This document shows positions 8,680 through 19,686 of a DNA stretch of 64,000 nucleotides, piece by piece. The stretch's first letter is position 1; each line of letters starts with the position of its first letter. Made by a program: the position numbers and the translations under genes. Under the pieces are notes generated by a model. That model saw only the letters and a list, made by a program, of their open reading frames with translations, was not told the DNA's origin and ran no database searches. The stretch covers positions 224,001-288,000 of the forward strand of contig CP009479.1 in NCBI GenBank assembly GCA_000965745.1, written 5' to 3'. The stretch is from an uncultured archaeon. GTDB lineage: Archaea > Thermoplasmatota > Thermoplasmata > Thermoplasmatales > Thermoplasmataceae.

Positions 8680-10140
8680 TCAAACCTGATATATCTGGTA
8701 ATTCGGGGGCTCGGTGATTACTTTTATGTCGTGGGGGTGGCTCTCCCTAAGCCCGCTCGCGGTTATCCTGACAAATCTTGCGTTCTTCCTTAGCTCATCG
8801 ATGTTGGCTGCACCGACGTATCCCATTCCCGATTTCAAGCCGCCAAGCATCTGGAAGAGAACTTCGGATACCTTTCCCCTGTATGGGACTGCTCCTTCCA
8901 CACCCTCTGCGACAAACTTTCCTGATCCTGTTTCACCATATCTGTCGGAAATGCCTGTCTGAATGGCGCCGATTGAGCCCATCCCCCTGTATGCCTTGTA
9001 TTTCCTTCCGCTTATGATCATTTCGACTCCCGGGCTCTCCTCTGTTCCTGCAAGCATGGAACCGAGCATGACCGAATTTGCCCCTGCCGCCAGTGCCTTC
9101 ACAATATCTCCTGAGTACCTGATTCCTCCGTCTGCGATGACGGGAATGCCATGCTTCTCGGCAACCTCTGCAGTCTCAGTGATGGCTGTAACCTGAGGAA
9201 CTCCGACACCTGCAACTATCCTTGTTGTGCAGATCGACCCCGGGCCTATGCCGACTCTCAGGCCGTCAACCTCAAGTGCGATCATGTCCTCGGCGGCCTC
9301 GGCTGTTGCTATATTTCCAACTACAAGGTCCACGGAGAGGGCTTTCCTCATCTTCCTTATGGATTCCATTGCTTTGATGTTATGTGCGTGTGCGGTGTCC
9401 ACCACGATCGCGTCCGCGCCTTCCTTTTCAAGGTTTACTGCCCTGTCTATGTCGAACGGCCCCACTGCGGCACCGACAACTAGCTGCCCTTCCTCGTCCC
9501 TTGTGGCATTGGGGAACCTCTGCCTTGTGTAGATATCCTTGGCAGTGATGAGGCCGACAACCCTTCCTGAATCGTCTACGAGCGGAAGTTTCTCGATCCT
9601 GTTCTTGAAAAGTATCTCCTTTGCCTCATCGAGGCTGATGTTGTCCTTTGCGTAAATCACGTCCCTGACCATGACATCTTTCACTTTCAGGCCCTTCTTG
9701 CCGGGAACAAGTTCGAGGTCCCTCCTTGTGATTATCCCGACAAGCTTTTCGCCATGGACAACGGGAAGGCCGCCTATGTTCTTGGTCTTCATTATTGTCC
9801 TTACAACTTCAATGGGGGTGTCTGTGTCCACGGTGTGAACGTTCCTGATAATTATGGATTCTTCCCTCTTCACTTTCCTGATAATCTGCATCTGCTCGTT
9901 TGCGGATATATTCCGGTGGACGATTCCGATTCCGCCGTTCCTTGCCATGGAAACGGCCATTTCCCCTTCCGTGACTGTGTCCATCGGGGAGCTCACAATT
10001 GGGATCTTCAGTTTTATGTTTCTCGTAAAATAAGTCTCTATACCCACATTCTTCGGGTCCACTGCAGTCTTGGCCGGAGACAGGAGGATATCGTCATAGG
10101 TGAACCCTTCCCTGATCTCGAGCAACTTATCCTTAAACAT
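8680..10140 (-). CDS. guaB: IMP dehydrogenase
   Basis: [12 protein letters not shown] pair, [16 protein letters not shown]. Confidence 0.97.
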   Translation of the reverse strand: MFKDKLLEIREGFTYDDILLSPAKTAVDPKNVGIETYFTRNIKLKIPIVSSPMDTVTEGEMAVSMARNGGIGIVHRNISANEQMQIIRKVKREESIIIRNVHTVDTDTPIEVVRTIMKTKNIGGLPVVHGEKLVGIITRRDLELVPGKKGLKVKDVMVRDVIYAKDNISLDEAKEILFKNRIEKLPLVDDSGRVVGLITAKDIYTRQRFPNATRDEEGQLVVGAAVGPFDIDRAVNLEKEGADAIVVDTAHAHNIKAMESIRKMRKALSVDLVVGNIATAEAAEDMIALEVDGLRVGIGPGSICTTRIVAGVGVPQVTAITETAEVAEKHGIPVIADGGIRYSGDIVKALAAGANSVMLGSMLAGTEESPGVEMIISGRKYKAYRGMGSIGAIQTGISDRYGETGSGKFVAEGVEGAVPYRGKVSEVLFQMLGGLKSGMGYVGAANIDELRKNARFVRITASGLRESHPHDIKVITEPPNYQIYQV

Positions 10141-10190
10141 GTTGTCGTTAGTAAAAACCACTACATAAAAATTGCCTGAGTGGTGATTTT

Positions 10191-10916
10191 TCAACTCCTC
10201 CCCAGGTGTTTCCTTACGAATTCCACCGTTCTGTCCAGGTGGGGAGGATAATCATACCTTATGAATGAATAGTATCTCCTCATCAGGCCCGGGTCCAGGC
10301 CAAGCTTTTCCGATGCCTCCCCGACAGAGGACTCAATGTCCTCTCTGGATGGGTGGACTGCTTCATTTACGGCTTCCATGTCATCGGGCTCACTCACTCC
10401 CTTGTACGCCAGTGCCGCATACAACGGCTGGAGATGGTACAACCTTGAAAATTCATAACCCGTGTCGAAGAGTATCCTCAGGCCTGAGCCGTAGACCCTG
10501 AGGGCTTCATCGCCTATCACGAGTGCATAGTCTGCGATCGAGAGTAGATCTTCCGCATACGTCTCATCGGCGTGTATCATTTTATAATTTATGCCGAGCC
10601 CTTTCAGCACCATCTCAGTGTAGAGTTCGGTAGTCCGGGTATGGGACGTCACCGCTATCTCCATGTCCTTACCCATCTGCTTCCCCCTTGAGACAAGGAT
10701 CGTGGACATTGTTGTGGAGATTGAGTGTATATTTGCACCCCTGGAGAGGTTAAGGCCGTTCTCGATCAGTGATACGAGGGAGACCATGCCTCCGTCCAAC
10801 TCATCGTCCAGTATCATCCCGAGAATCTTTGCAGGGGATTCCCTTACAATGATGTCCTTCCTCCTGATTGCAGAATAGAGTGGGTCGCTGTGAGTGAAGT
10901 TGATGATCCCGATCAT
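10191..10916 (-). CDS. mqnA: MqnA-like chorismate dehydratase (futalosine pathway)
   Basis: IGIINFTHSDPLY N-terminus and LVIGDEAL motif; near mqnE and mqnC. Confidence 0.8.
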   Translation of the reverse strand: MIGIINFTHSDPLYSAIRRKDIIVRESPAKILGMILDDELDGGMVSLVSLIENGLNLSRGANIHSISTTMSTILVSRGKQMGKDMEIAVTSHTRTTELYTEMVLKGLGINYKMIHADETYAEDLLSIADYALVIGDEALRVYGSGLRILFDTGYEFSRLYHLQPLYAALAYKGVSEPDDMEAVNEAVHPSREDIESSVGEASEKLGLDPGLMRRYYSFIRYDYPPHLDRTVEFVRKHLGRS

Positions 10917-11012
10917 CAGACCGAGATGAGGAGAACGCTAAATATATTATGTCCGAATAAAAACTAAAAAATGGTGCTAATAGATGCCTGTTGAATGAAT
11001 CTTGCCTGGAAG

Positions 11013-11633
11013 TCACTTAACCGGCAGCCGTATTATCGTCCTGTATTTCTCAGGCGGAGTCCTGGAAGGGTCTGAAAGGTAGATTTCGTGGAATAGACCG
11101 TTTATCTCCAGCCCCTCTTCACTGATGAACTTCATCAGTTTCCCGTATGTTTCTCCCTCCTTTTCATAGGGGCCTACGTGGAGGATCTGTGCACACTTCC
11201 CCTCGGACATCCTTTCGTGTTCCACAAGTTGAAGAGCAGGCATGCCTTTCTTTTCCATGGACTTATTCCTCGCCTTCTGCACTTCATCCGGAGATACGTA
11301 GTCCGGGACCCTTATCATGACCTTCCAGGTCCACTCCTCCGGCGGCGCCTCTTCCGTTATTTTCCCGGATTTTGCCCACCAGAGTGCCTCAAGGCTGGAC
11401 ATTGAAAAATCATGGCCCATGGCCTTGTATGCATTCTTCAGTTGGTACGCGAGAGTAAACAACACGTTGATGTGGCTCTGGAACAATTCACCCCCGGGCT
11501 CTCCCTTCCCTTCCAGCGTTATGTATGATGCTTCCCCGAACTCAAGTATTTCAGGATCCTTTTCTGCAGTGTAATACTTCCTGTCCTCTTTCTTCAGCAC
11601 AATCTTCCCGTCCTGCATTGCTGTCACAGTCAT
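11013..11633 (-). CDS. GyrI-like small-molecule binding protein
   Basis: LEALWW, QILHVGPY, HEIYLSDP, RTIIRLPV. Confidence 0.88.
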   Translation of the reverse strand: MTVTAMQDGKIVLKKEDRKYYTAEKDPEILEFGEASYITLEGKGEPGGELFQSHINVLFTLAYQLKNAYKAMGHDFSMSSLEALWWAKSGKITEEAPPEEWTWKVMIRVPDYVSPDEVQKARNKSMEKKGMPALQLVEHERMSEGKCAQILHVGPYEKEGETYGKLMKFISEEGLEINGLFHEIYLSDPSRTPPEKYRTIIRLPVK

Positions 11634-11681
11634 TACTACGGCGGGATGATATTACTACATTACTTGTTACATATAACAGGA

Positions 11682-12653
11682 TCAGATCTTTCTCAGCAGG
11701 ATCTCGGTTGCCCTGTGGTGCGGACCCTTCCTGAGAATCAGGTCGGCGTGGTACTTGCTGGGCTCGATATTTTCCCTGAGGTTCACCGCGTTGATCTCCT
11801 CCCATATACCGTCAGCCCTGTCTACCGCTTCCTCTTCGCTGAGGTATGAGAACTTGTGGAAGTATGATCTCTCATTCCTGAAGGCGGTCTCCTTCAGCAT
11901 GAGAAACCTCTCGAGGTACCACCTCTTTATGTTTATCTCCTCGGCATCAACGTATAATGAGAAGTCAAAGAAATCAGATACAGAAAGGCCTGGGAATTTG
12001 TCTGAGACGTACCTTCCGCTGGTCTGAAGGACATTAAGCCCCTCGACTATGACAACGTCCGGGCTCACGAGCACGTTCTTCTCACCGGGAATGATGTCGT
12101 ATTCCAGGTGCGAGTAAACTGGCATAGAGACATCCTGCACACCGGACTTGAGCATCAGGAGGAAGTTCAGCAGGCTCTTCACGTCGAAACTCTCCGGGAA
12201 GCCTTTCTTGTTCAGAAGGTTCTTCTCCTCCAGAATCCTGTTGGGGAAGAGGAAACCGTCCGTGGGAACGAGGCTCACCCTGGGCTTTTCGTCCCACTTG
12301 GACACCAGGGACTGCAGTATTCTTGCGGTCGTGCTTTTGCCCACTGCAACACTCCCGGCAATGCCGATGATGTATGGCACCTTCACCCCGGTTTTGCCGA
12401 AGAATCTGTTCCTTGCCCCGTAGAGGCCGAGCGATGCGGTGAAGTGCAGGCTGAGAAGCCTGGAAAGGGGAAGGTATACCTCTTCCACTTCATCGAGGGC
12501 AATTTTCTCATTCAGCCCGAGAAGTTTCTGGAAGTCCTGCTCGGTAAGCGTCATTGGAGTAGAGTTCCTGAGGTCCGCCCATGCTTCCCTGTCGATCGAT
12601 ATGTAGGGGGTAAGATCCACCGGATTCCTTGCTTCCTGAGGCATAACAGTCAC
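11682..12653 (-). CDS. coaA: Type I (bacterial CoaA-type) pantothenate kinase
   Basis: YLPLSRLL, IAGSVAVGKSTTAR, KGFPES, YSHLEYD, EGLNVLQ, SDFFDFS. Confidence 0.95.
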   Translation of the reverse strand: MTVMPQEARNPVDLTPYISIDREAWADLRNSTPMTLTEQDFQKLLGLNEKIALDEVEEVYLPLSRLLSLHFTASLGLYGARNRFFGKTGVKVPYIIGIAGSVAVGKSTTARILQSLVSKWDEKPRVSLVPTDGFLFPNRILEEKNLLNKKGFPESFDVKSLLNFLLMLKSGVQDVSMPVYSHLEYDIIPGEKNVLVSPDVVIVEGLNVLQTSGRYVSDKFPGLSVSDFFDFSLYVDAEEINIKRWYLERFLMLKETAFRNERSYFHKFSYLSEEEAVDRADGIWEEINAVNLRENIEPSKYHADLILRKGPHHRATEILLRKI

Positions 12654-12772
12654 TTCACCGGAACAGCACTACTGGAAAATAGGATGTTCCACCCTGGTTC
12701 ATTGCAGCATAGATTATGAATTTTGATTTTGAGAATAATGGCAAAATGGGGAAGAAATGCAAAGCTGCCCGC

Positions 12773-13882
12773 TCAGTACGACTTTATGTTGTAGAATGTG
12801 TCTCTTTGGGCTGGTATTTTACCGATCTGCGACACAAGGTTGTTCAGTTCCTCGATGGTTGCCCCTTCTGTCCTGTCGGTTGCCCCGAAGACCTCCTCGC
12901 TGAAGGCTGTCCCTACAAGGTCGCTGCCTCCGCTGTTCAGTGCAACCTGTGCAGTGAGTTTTCCAAGCGCAACCCAGTAAACACTGACGTTCCTGATCTC
13001 CTTCCCTGCCAGAATCCTTCCCAGGGCTATGACCTTAAGGTCCTTCTCTGCCGATCCCGGCCCTGAGACCTTCTTCATCTTCATCAGGGGAGTGTTCTCG
13101 GGGCTGAACTTCAGTGGTATGAAAGACAGGAATCCGGGAACTTCGATCTGGTTGTCCCTCAGCCTGACTATGTGGTCTACGATGTGGCTCCATTTCTCAA
13201 CGTGCCCGTAGGTCATTGTTGAGTTTCCGGGTATGCCCAGGGAATGGATTATCCTGGCATCTTCCAGCCATTTCTCGCCGCTGATCTTCTGTGGGGTGGT
13301 GATCTGCTTCCTGACTTCCTGGTCGAATATCTCGGCCCCTCCGCCGGTGTGCGCATCCATTCCTGCCGCATGGAACCTCTTCACAACTTCCTGGATCGAG
13401 TTGCCGGTTGTTCTTGCTATGAAGTCTATTTCAGGTATGGTGAGAGTCTTGAGTGTTATGTCGGGCATGTATTTCTTCACGGTGCTGAAAAGTTCCTCAT
13501 AGTATTCCAGGGGAAGATCAGAGTTGAAGCCCCCGACAATGTGGACTTCAGTGACGTTGAGCGCTTTCGCCTTTGCGATTTCATTCCTGGCGTCCTCGAT
13601 CGACAGTTCGTATCCGCGGTCGCTCTTCCCCTTGAGTGACATAGGCACGTAGAAGGCGCAAATTGGGCAGCTGGCTGTGCAGTAATTCGAATAATTCAGG
13701 TTGTAAGATACAGCATACGTAACGGTATCTCCCACCTGCTCTGAAGTCAGGGAATTGGCCAATGACAGTAAAGAATGCGTGTCCAGGTCATCAAGCATGG
13801 CCGTTCCTTCCTTGAAGGAAATGGGCTTGTCGGCCCTTGCCCTTTCAGACCAGTAACTGAGATCATATGTTCCCGTTTGCAT
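12773..13882 (-). CDS. mqnE: Radical SAM aminofutalosine synthase (MqnE-like, CofH family)
   Basis: CTASCPICAF, GGGAEIF, FIPLKF, SVYWV. Confidence 0.8.
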   Translation of the reverse strand: MQTGTYDLSYWSERARADKPISFKEGTAMLDDLDTHSLLSLANSLTSEQVGDTVTYAVSYNLNYSNYCTASCPICAFYVPMSLKGKSDRGYELSIEDARNEIAKAKALNVTEVHIVGGFNSDLPLEYYEELFSTVKKYMPDITLKTLTIPEIDFIARTTGNSIQEVVKRFHAAGMDAHTGGGAEIFDQEVRKQITTPQKISGEKWLEDARIIHSLGIPGNSTMTYGHVEKWSHIVDHIVRLRDNQIEVPGFLSFIPLKFSPENTPLMKMKKVSGPGSAEKDLKVIALGRILAGKEIRNVSVYWVALGKLTAQVALNSGGSDLVGTAFSEEVFGATDRTEGATIEELNNLVSQIGKIPAQRDTFYNIKSY

Positions 13883-14049
13883 TGATTCTGAAATGGATGT
13901 TCAGTTATAACCGTTATGATTTCTATTTTAGGCGCAGATTGCGTTCATTTTTGCTTGAATTCCGAGTTTCGGCGTATTTTAAATATACATACCATAGCGG
14001 TAGAAGTGAAAGAGGAATCATGGCAGGACCTAAGCGCTTCGGGGGACGC

Positions 14050-14618
14050 TGAGAAATGTTCATGTATTCCATGAATGTAACTTTTCATTGGCTTGAAGAG
14101 ATCAAGAAGGTTCCTGATCACTATCGGAGTCAATTTCCTTTTTCTGATACCCGTGATAGCTCTCCCTCATCTGATTAACGCCGGAATCATCAACCTTGCG
14201 GAAGGGTTCCTGACAGTCGAGCTGATAGTATTTTCATTAACATGCCTGCTGGTAAGCTGGTTGCCCCCTATATCGATCTCCTCATCGCCATGCCAATCCT
14301 GAAGGACGTGCTTCCATCCCTTAGTTTGGTATTCCCTGGCGTTGCAATTGCATCGTTTGTTCTGTTCTTGAGCCTTCCCTTCCATATGCTTTCCCTCTTT
14401 TCCCGTGCGGCTATCAGGGCGGATAGGAGCGCGGTTAGGTATTTGGCAACTCTGAAGACCTCATGAACCTGATAAGGAAAACATCTGATCTTCCCCTCCC
14501 TCCATCCACATTTTCTGGACGCCAGTCAGAAAGGTATAACAGAAGAAAGCGCAGAATCATGGATAGGAGAATATATGCCATAGAGAAGGTGGGAAATGGA
14601 GAAGGCATGCTTTCCTGA
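14050..14618 (+). pseudogene. Fragmented membrane protein, possibly an M48-like peptidase remnant
   Basis: Hydrophobic fragments in shifting frames, IRADRSAVRY segment, then NLIRKTSDLP...RRIYAIEK; no HExxH recovered. Confidence 0.35.
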
Positions 14619-14889
14619 GTTTATCGCGGCCTGCCGACAATAAAGCAGAAACTGCCCAGCTCTCCTATCTGTAAAGTACATTCTCGGTTAAGATGTCAAT
14701 TTCCCTGTGCCGAACCGGACAGGCAATTTCTCGACCCCCTGACATTTTCTCAAGATGGGAGGCAGCAATTACAACGCGTAACATGCAATGCTCTTCGTAG
14801 TAAGCGGTGTCTGGAACCCTGAAATGCCTGCCCGCAGAGCAGTCCCCAAATATTAAGTCTATCCAGTTTTAAGGGGGCCGATCTTTTAA

Positions 14890-16560
14890 ATGTTAATGGA
14901 TCCGGAAAAGAAGAGGAAGAAGCAGGTTGAGCTCAAAAGAGAACTTACGCTTACCCAGCTGGTTGTAATAGGAGTTTCTGGAGCTCTCGGGAATGGAGCG
15001 CTCTTTGGTGCGGTCGGCATGGTTACGACTGCAGGCTCCGGGGCAATAATAGCATTCATTTTTGGCGGTGTTATCTACATCAGCATCGCCCTCACGTACA
15101 TGGAGCTCTCCAGGGTGCATCCGGAAGCGGGTGCCCCATCGAGGTTCACACTGTACTCACACGGGCGTACAACAAGCCTCATAAACGCATTCGCCGATAT
15201 GGTTTGGTATATCTTCATACCGCCACTGGAAGCACTGTCCATCGTGGCAGGGCTGAACTACATAATACCGGGGTCACCGCTGATCATAGCATCGACCGGA
15301 TACCCGACAATCCAGGGTGTGCTTGTCGGTGTCGGGCTTGTTCTCGCATTTACCCCCTTCAACTACTTCGGTGTGGGCATGTTCGGGAAGAGCACCCTTT
15401 ACATTGGTGCAGTCAAACTGTTTTTCTACGTTTCCATGGGACTTGGGCTTATTTTCTTCGTGCACAACTTTGGGAACTTTGCCAACCCTGACTACGGCGG
15501 ATTCCTTCCATATGGAATCTCCGCAATACTGCTGATTATGCCCCTAACAATGTATGACTTCGGAGGTATACGCGTCATACCTGACCTGGCAGGCGAAACC
15601 AAGCTTAGCGAAGTAGAGAAAAAAGATGCCATTGTGAAGGCCGTTGCCTATACTGTCCTGTTTGAAACGCTTATTTACATCTCGATAGCTGTGGCAATTC
15701 TTGCCAGCATAAACTGGAGTGCACTCGGCATAGCACCGGGCGATTTCAGTTCACTGAAAGGGGCTATGGGCGGAAACAACCCATTCTTCATACTGGCAAA
15801 TTCGAACAACCTTGGCATCATATTTGCTTTTGCAGTTGTTGCAGGAATCATGGCGCCTTTCGTGACAGGTTATATATACACAGGCGCCGGGGCGAGAATC
15901 TTCTTCTCAAGCGCCAGATCAGGTTTCCTTGGAGGTGCGTTCAAGGAGCTTCATGCGAGGTATGCTGTCCCGTTCTGGGCACTGATCACCTTCGCTATTG
16001 TTGGCGCCATAACGGTCATGATTTCGGCCCCCGCACCAACTGTTTACAGCGTTATAGTTGATGCGACGGTGGCGGGATACCTCGGTTTCTCCACTCACCC
16101 TGTCGCCATGATCGTTCAGCGCAGGCAGGGAATTACCACAAAGGCTCAGAAATTCAGGGGTGCGTATATCTTCGGCCCGATCGCAATGGGGGTGTCCTCA
16201 CTCGTAGTTTACTGGAGCGGCTGGCCGTCTGATCCATACGCTATGCTCCTGATCCTGTTTGGAATCCTCATTTTCGGCATCCCCATGCGGGCGTTTGAGC
16301 AGATCAGGAACTCGCTCTGGTACATGTTCTACTTCGTGTTCCTGCTGCTCATAGTTGTGTTCTCCCATACAGTTGGTCCGGAACAGCTTTTTGGAATACA
16401 GGTTGGGTACATTCCGTTCGTGTGGGGTACGCTGATCGTGTTCCTGACCACAACCCTGGTGTTCTTTCCGTGGGGAGTACTTTCGGGGCTCAAGGAAGAG
16501 TACTACCATGAAGAATACACAGCACCTTACAGGGCACCGGTAAAGAGAGACCAGGAATGA
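14890..16560 (+). CDS. APC-family amino acid permease
   Basis: LKRELTL N-terminus, ELSRVHPEAG, many TM segments. Confidence 0.9.
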   Translation: MLMDPEKKRKKQVELKRELTLTQLVVIGVSGALGNGALFGAVGMVTTAGSGAIIAFIFGGVIYISIALTYMELSRVHPEAGAPSRFTLYSHGRTTSLINAFADMVWYIFIPPLEALSIVAGLNYIIPGSPLIIASTGYPTIQGVLVGVGLVLAFTPFNYFGVGMFGKSTLYIGAVKLFFYVSMGLGLIFFVHNFGNFANPDYGGFLPYGISAILLIMPLTMYDFGGIRVIPDLAGETKLSEVEKKDAIVKAVAYTVLFETLIYISIAVAILASINWSALGIAPGDFSSLKGAMGGNNPFFILANSNNLGIIFAFAVVAGIMAPFVTGYIYTGAGARIFFSSARSGFLGGAFKELHARYAVPFWALITFAIVGAITVMISAPAPTVYSVIVDATVAGYLGFSTHPVAMIVQRRQGITTKAQKFRGAYIFGPIAMGVSSLVVYWSGWPSDPYAMLLILFGILIFGIPMRAFEQIRNSLWYMFYFVFLLLIVVFSHTVGPEQLFGIQVGYIPFVWGTLIVFLTTTLVFFPWGVLSGLKEEYYHEEYTAPYRAPVKRDQE

Positions 16561-16778
16561 TTGACCGCCCTTTTGAAGGGAGACAGGGCGCAGGACTCCC
16601 CCGCCCCACCCAACAATTTTTTTATCCTCCATTTCAGTGTGAATCCCCAATTCCTGTATTTGCCCGGGGCCATACTGTTTGCAGCCCCTGACATCCATTG
16701 AAGTTCTCCCGGGAAGAATGTGCCTTTTATGCAAATTTTGATAGAATATCTTATTATATTTTTTCAAGATTAGGAACT

Positions 16779-17882
16779 ATGCTGGGACTTGCAGATCCCC
16801 TTGAGGATCTCTTCCAGAAGATGAATTCGGGTGAGGACCTGGACGAAGACGATATAGTCTACATGTACGACATGGCAGACCTTATGTCGTTAGGCCGCAT
16901 GGCAAGATCTCTTACTGACAGGATCACCGGAAGATATACTTCATTCGTATCAAACATGATTCTGAACTACACCAATATCTGTAATGTCAGATGCAATTTT
17001 TGCGCCTTTTACAGAACCGGCAAGGAAGATGACTCATATTTGCTGTCCGGGGAACAGGTGCTCGAAAAGATCAGGTACCACTACGAGAATTTCGGGATAA
17101 GGCAGCTGCTTATACAGGGTGGAGTGAACCCGTCACTTGGCCTTGATTACTACACAGGCATGTTTTCCGCCATAAGGGATGAGTTTCCTGAGATCGGCAT
17201 ACATGGCCTTTCGACCTCTGAGATCTCCTTCATTTCAAAGAAGGAGAAACTTAGTTTTTACGACACTATCTCGGCACTTGCCGAGAGCGGACTGGAGTCC
17301 ATACCCGGTGCCGGAGGTGAAATACTGTCCTCCGATGTCAGGGTGAAGCTCGGAAGGCCCGCAAACAGCGGCGATGAATGGCTCAAGGTCATGGAGGATG
17401 CACACAGGCAGGGTGTAAGAAGCAGTGCCACCATGATGTTCGGCCACATTGAGCAGAGCAGGGACAAGGCCAGGCACCTGCTTTCGATCCTTGAGCTTCA
17501 GAGAAAGTACAAGGGCTTCATGTCATTCACAGCGTGGAATTTTGAGCCCGGAAGGACAAAGCTTGAGGAAACCGGACAGGTGAAGTACAGGGCCGGCGGT
17601 GCGGATGTTCTCAGAAACATCGCCATTGCGAGGATCGTGTTCAACAAGGACCTTCCCGTCATCCAGAGCTCATGGCTCACAAACGGCCTCGAGATGGGGC
17701 AGCTCGCAGTCCTCTTCGGCGCCAATGACTGGGGTGGAACAATATACGACGAGAAGGTCATTCCTGCAACCGGAAAGCAGGTCGGCAACCTCAGGAAGGA
17801 CTTCATTATAAACAACCTGAAGCAGATCGGCATGTCACCGGTCGAGAGGGACAACCTCTACAGAGTGGTGAAATATTACTGA
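16779..17882 (+). CDS. mqnC: Cyclic dehypoxanthine futalosine synthase (MqnC-like)
   Basis: NYTNICNVRCNFCAFYR, LIQGG, ATMMFGH, IQSSW, GANDWG. Confidence 0.85.
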   Translation: MLGLADPLEDLFQKMNSGEDLDEDDIVYMYDMADLMSLGRMARSLTDRITGRYTSFVSNMILNYTNICNVRCNFCAFYRTGKEDDSYLLSGEQVLEKIRYHYENFGIRQLLIQGGVNPSLGLDYYTGMFSAIRDEFPEIGIHGLSTSEISFISKKEKLSFYDTISALAESGLESIPGAGGEILSSDVRVKLGRPANSGDEWLKVMEDAHRQGVRSSATMMFGHIEQSRDKARHLLSILELQRKYKGFMSFTAWNFEPGRTKLEETGQVKYRAGGADVLRNIAIARIVFNKDLPVIQSSWLTNGLEMGQLAVLFGANDWGGTIYDEKVIPATGKQVGNLRKDFIINNLKQIGMSPVERDNLYRVVKYY

Positions 17883-17884
17883 AG

Positions 17885-19129
17885 ATGTCAGACCCTTCAG
17901 AGTTATCCGTCGGTATAGATGGGCGGATTTCTTCAGTGCCGGGATTCCCGGGGAGCATCAAGGATGAGATATCAGATTTTATAGTCGAGGAGATCCCGGA
18001 CCCTTCCATAACAAGGTCGGAGGATGGAAAATACGGGTACCTCATGATAAAACTGACAGACTGGGATACGAACAAGTTTCTTTCCAGGCTGGCAAAGGAG
18101 CTTCATATCAGCAGGAAAAGAATAACCTACGCCGGGACAAAGGACAAGCGGGGAATAACTGTACAGTACTTCTGCGTGAATTCCCGGTTTTCTCCGGATG
18201 AAATAAGAATAAGTGATGCAGAGGTTCTCGAATATTTCCGTTCAGATCACTTCCTTAAGCTCGGTGATCTGGTGGGGAACAGATTCACCATCAGGATATC
18301 ATCGGAAGGGGAGAGGGAGAACGATATCCGGGAAATTTATGCATCGATAATGCGGGCGGGCGGTTTTCCAAACTTCTTCGGGATGCAGAGGTTCGGGTCG
18401 ATGAGGAGAAACACGCACAAGATTGGAAAATACATAGTTCAGGGAGACTACAGGAAAGCCGTTGAAACATACATATACGATCCAGAATTCGACACGGAAG
18501 ATTTCAGGGTGAGGTTTGGAGAAACACATGACGCTGCGGAAGCGCTGAAGGACTTTCCCCTGAGGCTGACTTTTGAGCGCTCAATTCTCGGCTACATACA
18601 GGAGAGCGGAAACTTCGAGGGTGCGTTCAGCGCGTTCCCAAAGAACCTCGGGATGCTGTTTGTCCATGCTTACCAGTCTTACATCTTCAACCGCATCCTT
18701 TCGGAAAGGCACAAGGCCATGGGAGACCTCAACGAGGCGGTCCCGGGGGATATAGCCTACGCGGTTGACCAGTACTTCAACCCCGTGGACAGGGAAGAGA
18801 TAAAAGTAAACAGGTACAACACCGATAAAATAAACCGCCTGATTGGCGAGGACAGACTCAGGCTCACCATCCCGCTGATAGGGTATGAAAGCAGGATGAC
18901 GGATAATTTCCAGGGAGAAATAGAGAGAAAAATAATGGAGGAGGAGAAGGTACTCTTCCCGCAGTTCCGTATAGGCGGTTATCCGGAACTTTCTTCAAAA
19001 GGCGACCGCAGGATAATTTCCGCAAAGCCCCTGGACTTCGAATATACTGGTGACAATACGATGAAGTTCTCCCTTGGGAGAGGTATTTATGCAACCTCTT
19101 TCCTGAGGGAGTTTCTTAAGCAGGATTAG
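17885..19129 (+). CDS. truD: tRNA pseudouridine(13) synthase
   Basis: DFIVEE, AGTKDKR, PNFFGMQRFG, HAYQSYIFN, GIYAT. Confidence 0.95.
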   Translation: MSDPSELSVGIDGRISSVPGFPGSIKDEISDFIVEEIPDPSITRSEDGKYGYLMIKLTDWDTNKFLSRLAKELHISRKRITYAGTKDKRGITVQYFCVNSRFSPDEIRISDAEVLEYFRSDHFLKLGDLVGNRFTIRISSEGERENDIREIYASIMRAGGFPNFFGMQRFGSMRRNTHKIGKYIVQGDYRKAVETYIYDPEFDTEDFRVRFGETHDAAEALKDFPLRLTFERSILGYIQESGNFEGAFSAFPKNLGMLFVHAYQSYIFNRILSERHKAMGDLNEAVPGDIAYAVDQYFNPVDREEIKVNRYNTDKINRLIGEDRLRLTIPLIGYESRMTDNFQGEIERKIMEEEKVLFPQFRIGGYPELSSKGDRRIISAKPLDFEYTGDNTMKFSLGRGIYATSFLREFLKQD

Positions 19130-19686
19130 ATAAGCCCTACTTTCTGGAGTTCTTTCTTTACCTTTATAACTGCCTGCTCTATTTCGCTCTCTTCCTTGGC
19201 GCCCGTGCATACGACCTTTCCGCTTCCGAACAGAAGGAGTACAACCTTTGGTTCCTCCACCCTGTAAACAAGCCCCGGAAACTGCTCAGGCTCATATTCC
19301 ACATTCTCAAGGCCCAGAGACATTGCTATGTCCGTAAGATTGAGATCTGCCTCCAGATCGTACACAGCAACAATGTTCTGCACAACAATCTCCGGAGTAT
19401 CATAAACTTCTATTCCGGCCTTCTTCAGTTTCTGTATAATTGTCTCTATGGTAAGTTTAACATTTGCCAGGTTCTTTGCCCCAGTACAGTTGACTTTCCC
19501 GCTCCTGAAAATAAGCACGGCAGTCTTTGGCTCCTGAAGCCTGTATATAAGGCCCGGGAACTGCTCAGGCTCGTACTCTGACCCATCAAGGGCGAGGGCA
19601 ATTCTGCTCAAATCTAGGTGCTCTGCAAGCGATGTCGAGGCAACTATGTTTTCAATGTTAATCTTTTCCCTTTCACTCATGAACAA
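19126..19686 (-). CDS. tbp: TATA-binding protein
   Basis: Two repeats of YEPEQFPGL.YR; start may be 19680. Confidence 0.98.
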   Translation of the reverse strand: MFMSEREKINIENIVASTSLAEHLDLSRIALALDGSEYEPEQFPGLIYRLQEPKTAVLIFRSGKVNCTGAKNLANVKLTIETIIQKLKKAGIEVYDTPEIVVQNIVAVYDLEADLNLTDIAMSLGLENVEYEPEQFPGLVYRVEEPKVVLLLFGSGKVVCTGAKEESEIEQAVIKVKKELQKVGLI

